A stretch of 60,107 bases of DNA, counting the filler, from an uncultured bacterium (GTDB lineage: Bacteria; DAOPZR01), in the NCBI GenBank assembly GCA_964637655.1. It is 2 parts of 2 records of this genome, joined end to end, with 100 filler letters (N's around TTAATTAATTAA, not from the genome) between each part and the next. Parts side by side here need not be neighbours in the genome. Positions count along the whole stretch, not along the records: positions 30,833 to 60,107 come from CAZWUZ010000014.1; 1 more part is not named here. One strand, given 5' to 3'. Positions 57,249-60,107 of this stretch are shown here, piece after piece. Numbering within the stretch: the first letter of the stretch is position 1; every line of letters begins with the position of its first letter. The notes beneath the pieces were generated by a model. It had not been told where the DNA came from and did not search any database. It was given only the letters and a program-made list of their open reading frames with translations. The position numbers were made by a program, and so were the translations under genes.

Positions 57249-57453
57249 CGGAGCTCCATGGGCCGGAGGACGCCCGACTCGTGCGCTACGGCGGATACTG
57301 GCAATGCAAAACGCTGATCCAAGAGGATGGTGTGCACATGGCAATCGTAGCATACGTGCCGGCTGGAATCCACGGTGATACTTTTCCGGACGCATCTTGC
57401 ACGACTGTCGATGGCGAGATATACTTGTCGCAGGCAGCGGTCGGAGGTGACGT

Positions 57454-58059
57454 GTGACGGGGCTTCTCATCGGGAGTGTGGTATTGTTGGCAGTCGCGGT
57501 GGCGGGCACGCTGTTGGGCGTGGCGCTGGTCTATAACCGGCTGGTTACGACGCGCAACCGTTATGCCAACGCCTACGCGCAGATCGACGTGCAGCTCAAG
57601 CGCCGCCACGACCTGATTCCCAACCTGGTGGAGACCGTGCGGCAGTATATGCAGCATGAGCGCGGACTGCTCGAAGCGGTGACCGCGGCGCGCGCGCAGG
57701 CGACCGCGGCGGCGCAGGCGGCGGTGGCGCAACCGGGCGACGGCGCCGCGCTGCACACCCTGGCCGCGGCGGAGGCGGCGCTGACCGGCACGCTCGGGCG
57801 CCTGGCGCTGACGGTGGAAAACTATCCCGACCTGAAGGCGAACAGCACGGTGCTGCGCCTGATGGAGGAACTTGCCTCGACGGAAAACCGCGTCGGCTTC
57901 GCCCGGCAGGCGTACAACGACGCGGTGATGGTGCATAATACCGCCTGCGAGTCCTTCCCCGCGGTGGTGCTTGCCCGCCCGCTCGGCTTCCGCCCGGCCG
58001 CGTTCTTTGAACTGCCGGACGCGGCAGAGCGTGCCGTGCCGCAGGTGGGCACACTCTGA
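57454..58059 (+). CDS. lemA: LemA family protein
   Basis: IDVQLKRRHDLIPNLV, ENYPDLKAN, TENRV.FARQAYND. Confidence 0.95.
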   Translation: MTGLLIGSVVLLAVAVAGTLLGVALVYNRLVTTRNRYANAYAQIDVQLKRRHDLIPNLVETVRQYMQHERGLLEAVTAARAQATAAAQAAVAQPGDGAALHTLAAAEAALTGTLGRLALTVENYPDLKANSTVLRLMEELASTENRVGFARQAYNDAVMVHNTACESFPAVVLARPLGFRPAAFFELPDAAERAVPQVGTL

Positions 58060-58060
58060 C

Positions 58061-59947
58061 GTGGATTTCTTCGAGCATCAGGAACGCGCGAAGCGGCGCA
58101 CGGGACTGCTGGTCTTCCTTTTTCTGTGCGCGGTGGCGGCTATCATCGTCGCGGTCTATGGGGCGGTGGCCATCGCTTTCGGCGGTGCGGCCTTCGACCC
58201 GCTGGTGTTTCTCGCGGTGGCTGGACTCACTGTGCTGGTGGTCGCCGCGGGGAGTACCTACCGCATCGTCTCGCTGTCGGGTGGCGGCGGTGCCGCGGTG
58301 GCGCAGCTGCTCGGCGGGCGTCAGGTGGTGCACGGCGGCGCCGACGAACGCGAGCAGCAGTTGTGCAATGTTGTCGAGGAAATGGCCATCGCCGCGGGCA
58401 TTCCGGTCCCCGGGATCTATATTCTCGAGGACGAGGAGGGGATCAACGCCTTCGCCGCGGGGACGTCGCTCGACAATGCCGTGGTGGCAGTCACGCGCGG
58501 CTGCCTGCAGGCGCTGACCCGTGACGAACTGCAGGGGGTCATCGCCCACGAGTTCAGCCACATCCTCAACAGCGATATGCAGCTCAATATCCGGCTGATG
58601 GGGGTACTCTTCGGCATTCTCGTCATCGGCATCATCGGCGAAGTTATCCTGCGCGGCAGCGGGCGCTCGCGCGTGCGGACGAGCTCGCGCAGCGGCAAGG
58701 GGGACGGGGCCGGCGCGGTGCTGCTCTTCGGCCTGCTGCTCTTCCTCATCGGTTATATCGGGGTCTTTTTCGGCAACCTGATCAAGGCCGCGGTGTCGCG
58801 TCAGCGCGAGTTTCTGGCCGACGCGGCCGCGGTGCAGTTCACGCGCAACCCCGGGGGTATCGCCGGCGCGCTGGAGAAAATCGGGCGCGGCTCGGCGGTG
58901 CTCGACGCGGCGCATGCCTCGGAGGCAAGCCATTTCTTCTTCGGACAGGGGATCGGGGCGCGGTTTTTCGGGTTGTTTGACACCCACCCGCCGCTGGCGG
59001 AACGCATCCGCCGCATCCGCGGCCGCGCCCCGGAAACGGCCGTGGGGGCGCCGGTGGCGGCGGTACAGCGCGTGGCGCCCGCCGCGGCGGCGGGCTTTGC
59101 CGGCGGCGGGACAGCGTCGGCGGCAAAGCCGCGCACGACGGTGACGGAAAGCGTTGGCCAGCCCTCGGTGGACCACCTGCACTATGCGCAGCAGCTGCTC
59201 GCGTCGCTGCCGCCGACTCTGCGGCAGGCGGCGGGAGAACCGTTCGGGGCGACTGCGGTCGTCTGCACCCTGCTGCTCGATGGCGACGCCCGGGAGCGTG
59301 ACAAGCAGTTCACCTGGCTGGCGCAGCAGGAACCGCCGGCGCTGGCCAGCGCGGTGCACAACCTGCTGCCGCGGGTGCGGCAGGCGGGCGCGGCGGCGCG
59401 ACTGCCGCTGGCGGAACTGGCGGTCGGTGCGCTGCGCTGCCTGTCAGCGGCGCAGTACGAATCATTCATGCGCCTGGTGCAGCACCTCGCGGAATGGGAC
59501 CGGTCGCTCTCGCTCTTTGAGTATGCGCTGGTGCGGGTTATTCGCCAGCGCCTGCTGGCAACCTTCGTCCCGCGGCGTGCTGCCCCGGCCAATCGTTCAC
59601 TGGCAGGGGCGACGCGTGAAGCGGGGATTCTGCTCTCGGCGCTGGCGCGCGCGGGAAGCGACGTGCCGCAGCAGGTGAGTGACGCCTTCCTGCGCGGGCG
59701 GCAGGCGCTGGGCATGGCGGGGACGCGCTGCACGCTGTGCGCCCCGGACGCCTGCGGCCTGGGTGAAGTTGATGCGGCGCTCGACGCGCTGGCAACGGTC
59801 AATCCGGAAGGCAGGCGTACCCTGCTCGCCGCGCTGGCGGCGGTGGCGCTGGCAGACGGTGAACTGCAGGCGGACGAACTGGAACTGCTGCGTGCCATCG
59901 CGGCGGCGCTCGATATTCCTGTTCCGCCGCTGGCGGCCGCGGCCTGA
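58061..59947 (+). CDS. M48 (HtpX-like) metalloprotease, extended C-terminus
   Basis: INAFAAG, HEFSH, SRQREFLADA, THPPL. Confidence 0.92.
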   Translation: MDFFEHQERAKRRTGLLVFLFLCAVAAIIVAVYGAVAIAFGGAAFDPLVFLAVAGLTVLVVAAGSTYRIVSLSGGGGAAVAQLLGGRQVVHGGADEREQQLCNVVEEMAIAAGIPVPGIYILEDEEGINAFAAGTSLDNAVVAVTRGCLQALTRDELQGVIAHEFSHILNSDMQLNIRLMGVLFGILVIGIIGEVILRGSGRSRVRTSSRSGKGDGAGAVLLFGLLLFLIGYIGVFFGNLIKAAVSRQREFLADAAAVQFTRNPGGIAGALEKIGRGSAVLDAAHASEASHFFFGQGIGARFFGLFDTHPPLAERIRRIRGRAPETAVGAPVAAVQRVAPAAAAGFAGGGTASAAKPRTTVTESVGQPSVDHLHYAQQLLASLPPTLRQAAGEPFGATAVVCTLLLDGDARERDKQFTWLAQQEPPALASAVHNLLPRVRQAGAAARLPLAELAVGALRCLSAAQYESFMRLVQHLAEWDRSLSLFEYALVRVIRQRLLATFVPRRAAPANRSLAGATREAGILLSALARAGSDVPQQVSDAFLRGRQALGMAGTRCTLCAPDACGLGEVDAALDALATVNPEGRRTLLAALAAVALADGELQADELELLRAIAAALDIPVPPLAAAA

Positions 59948-60010
59948 ACCGGCCGCAGGCCGCAGCCGCTCCCCTGAATCAGGGTATCGGTTCAGCTGGT
60001 TCCTTGTTGT

Positions 60011-60107
60011 CCTCTCCCGACGGGAGAGGCAGCCGCGGAGCGGCTGGTGAGGGCGGACACGGCAGACGGAACCCCGCGACGCTGCGCGTCGCCCTCTCCC
60101 CGGGGAG
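60011..60107. repeat. REP-like inverted doublet, same family as left contig
   Basis: CCTCTCCCGACGGGAGAGGCAGCCGCGGAGCGGCTGGTGAGGG and partner ..CCCTCTCCCCGGGGAG. Confidence 0.75.

Overview
GC-rich bacterial sequence, most likely a diderm from a poorly characterised lineage and probably a MAG. It consists of two unlinked contigs joined by an artificial N44-TTAATTAATTAA-N44 linker at 30733-30832. The left contig is accessory. It carries a complete N-type ATPase operon (atpDCQRBEFAG), a phosphoketolase remnant, small membrane proteins, and a four-gene restriction-modification-like defence locus (truncated MTase, NPPY MTase, DUF1016, GIY-YIG/SF2 helicase). It also has a 3 kb mosaic of gene fragments cut at a recurring GTAACTATTCAG/CTGAATAGTTAC motif with REP-like hairpins, and a putative surface-glycan operon (TPR-YaiO barrel, LTA-synthase-like transferase, GH18-like lipoprotein, six-hairpin glycosidase, GT4, phosphodiesterase-EEP fusion). 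The right contig starts with a DUF11 protein / homologous CTD-bearing protein / PorV-like barrel-TPR triad. It continues with tpx, a 1.4 kaa NlpC/P60-Fn3-dockerin protein, two Flp pilins with an unusual shared tail plus prepilin peptidase, core genes (ispE, tRNA-Gln, glmU, prs, two IHF/HU, plsY, gpsA, MerR), a CDP-sugar cluster, and LemA-M48. The best candidates for undescribed systems are the DUF11/CTD/PorV surface-fibre module, the motif-bounded fragment array (which holds copies of two neighbouring genes, each starting with 28-29 bp of perfect identity), and the YaiO-linked glycan operon. All calls come from motif recognition by eye; no database searches were run.
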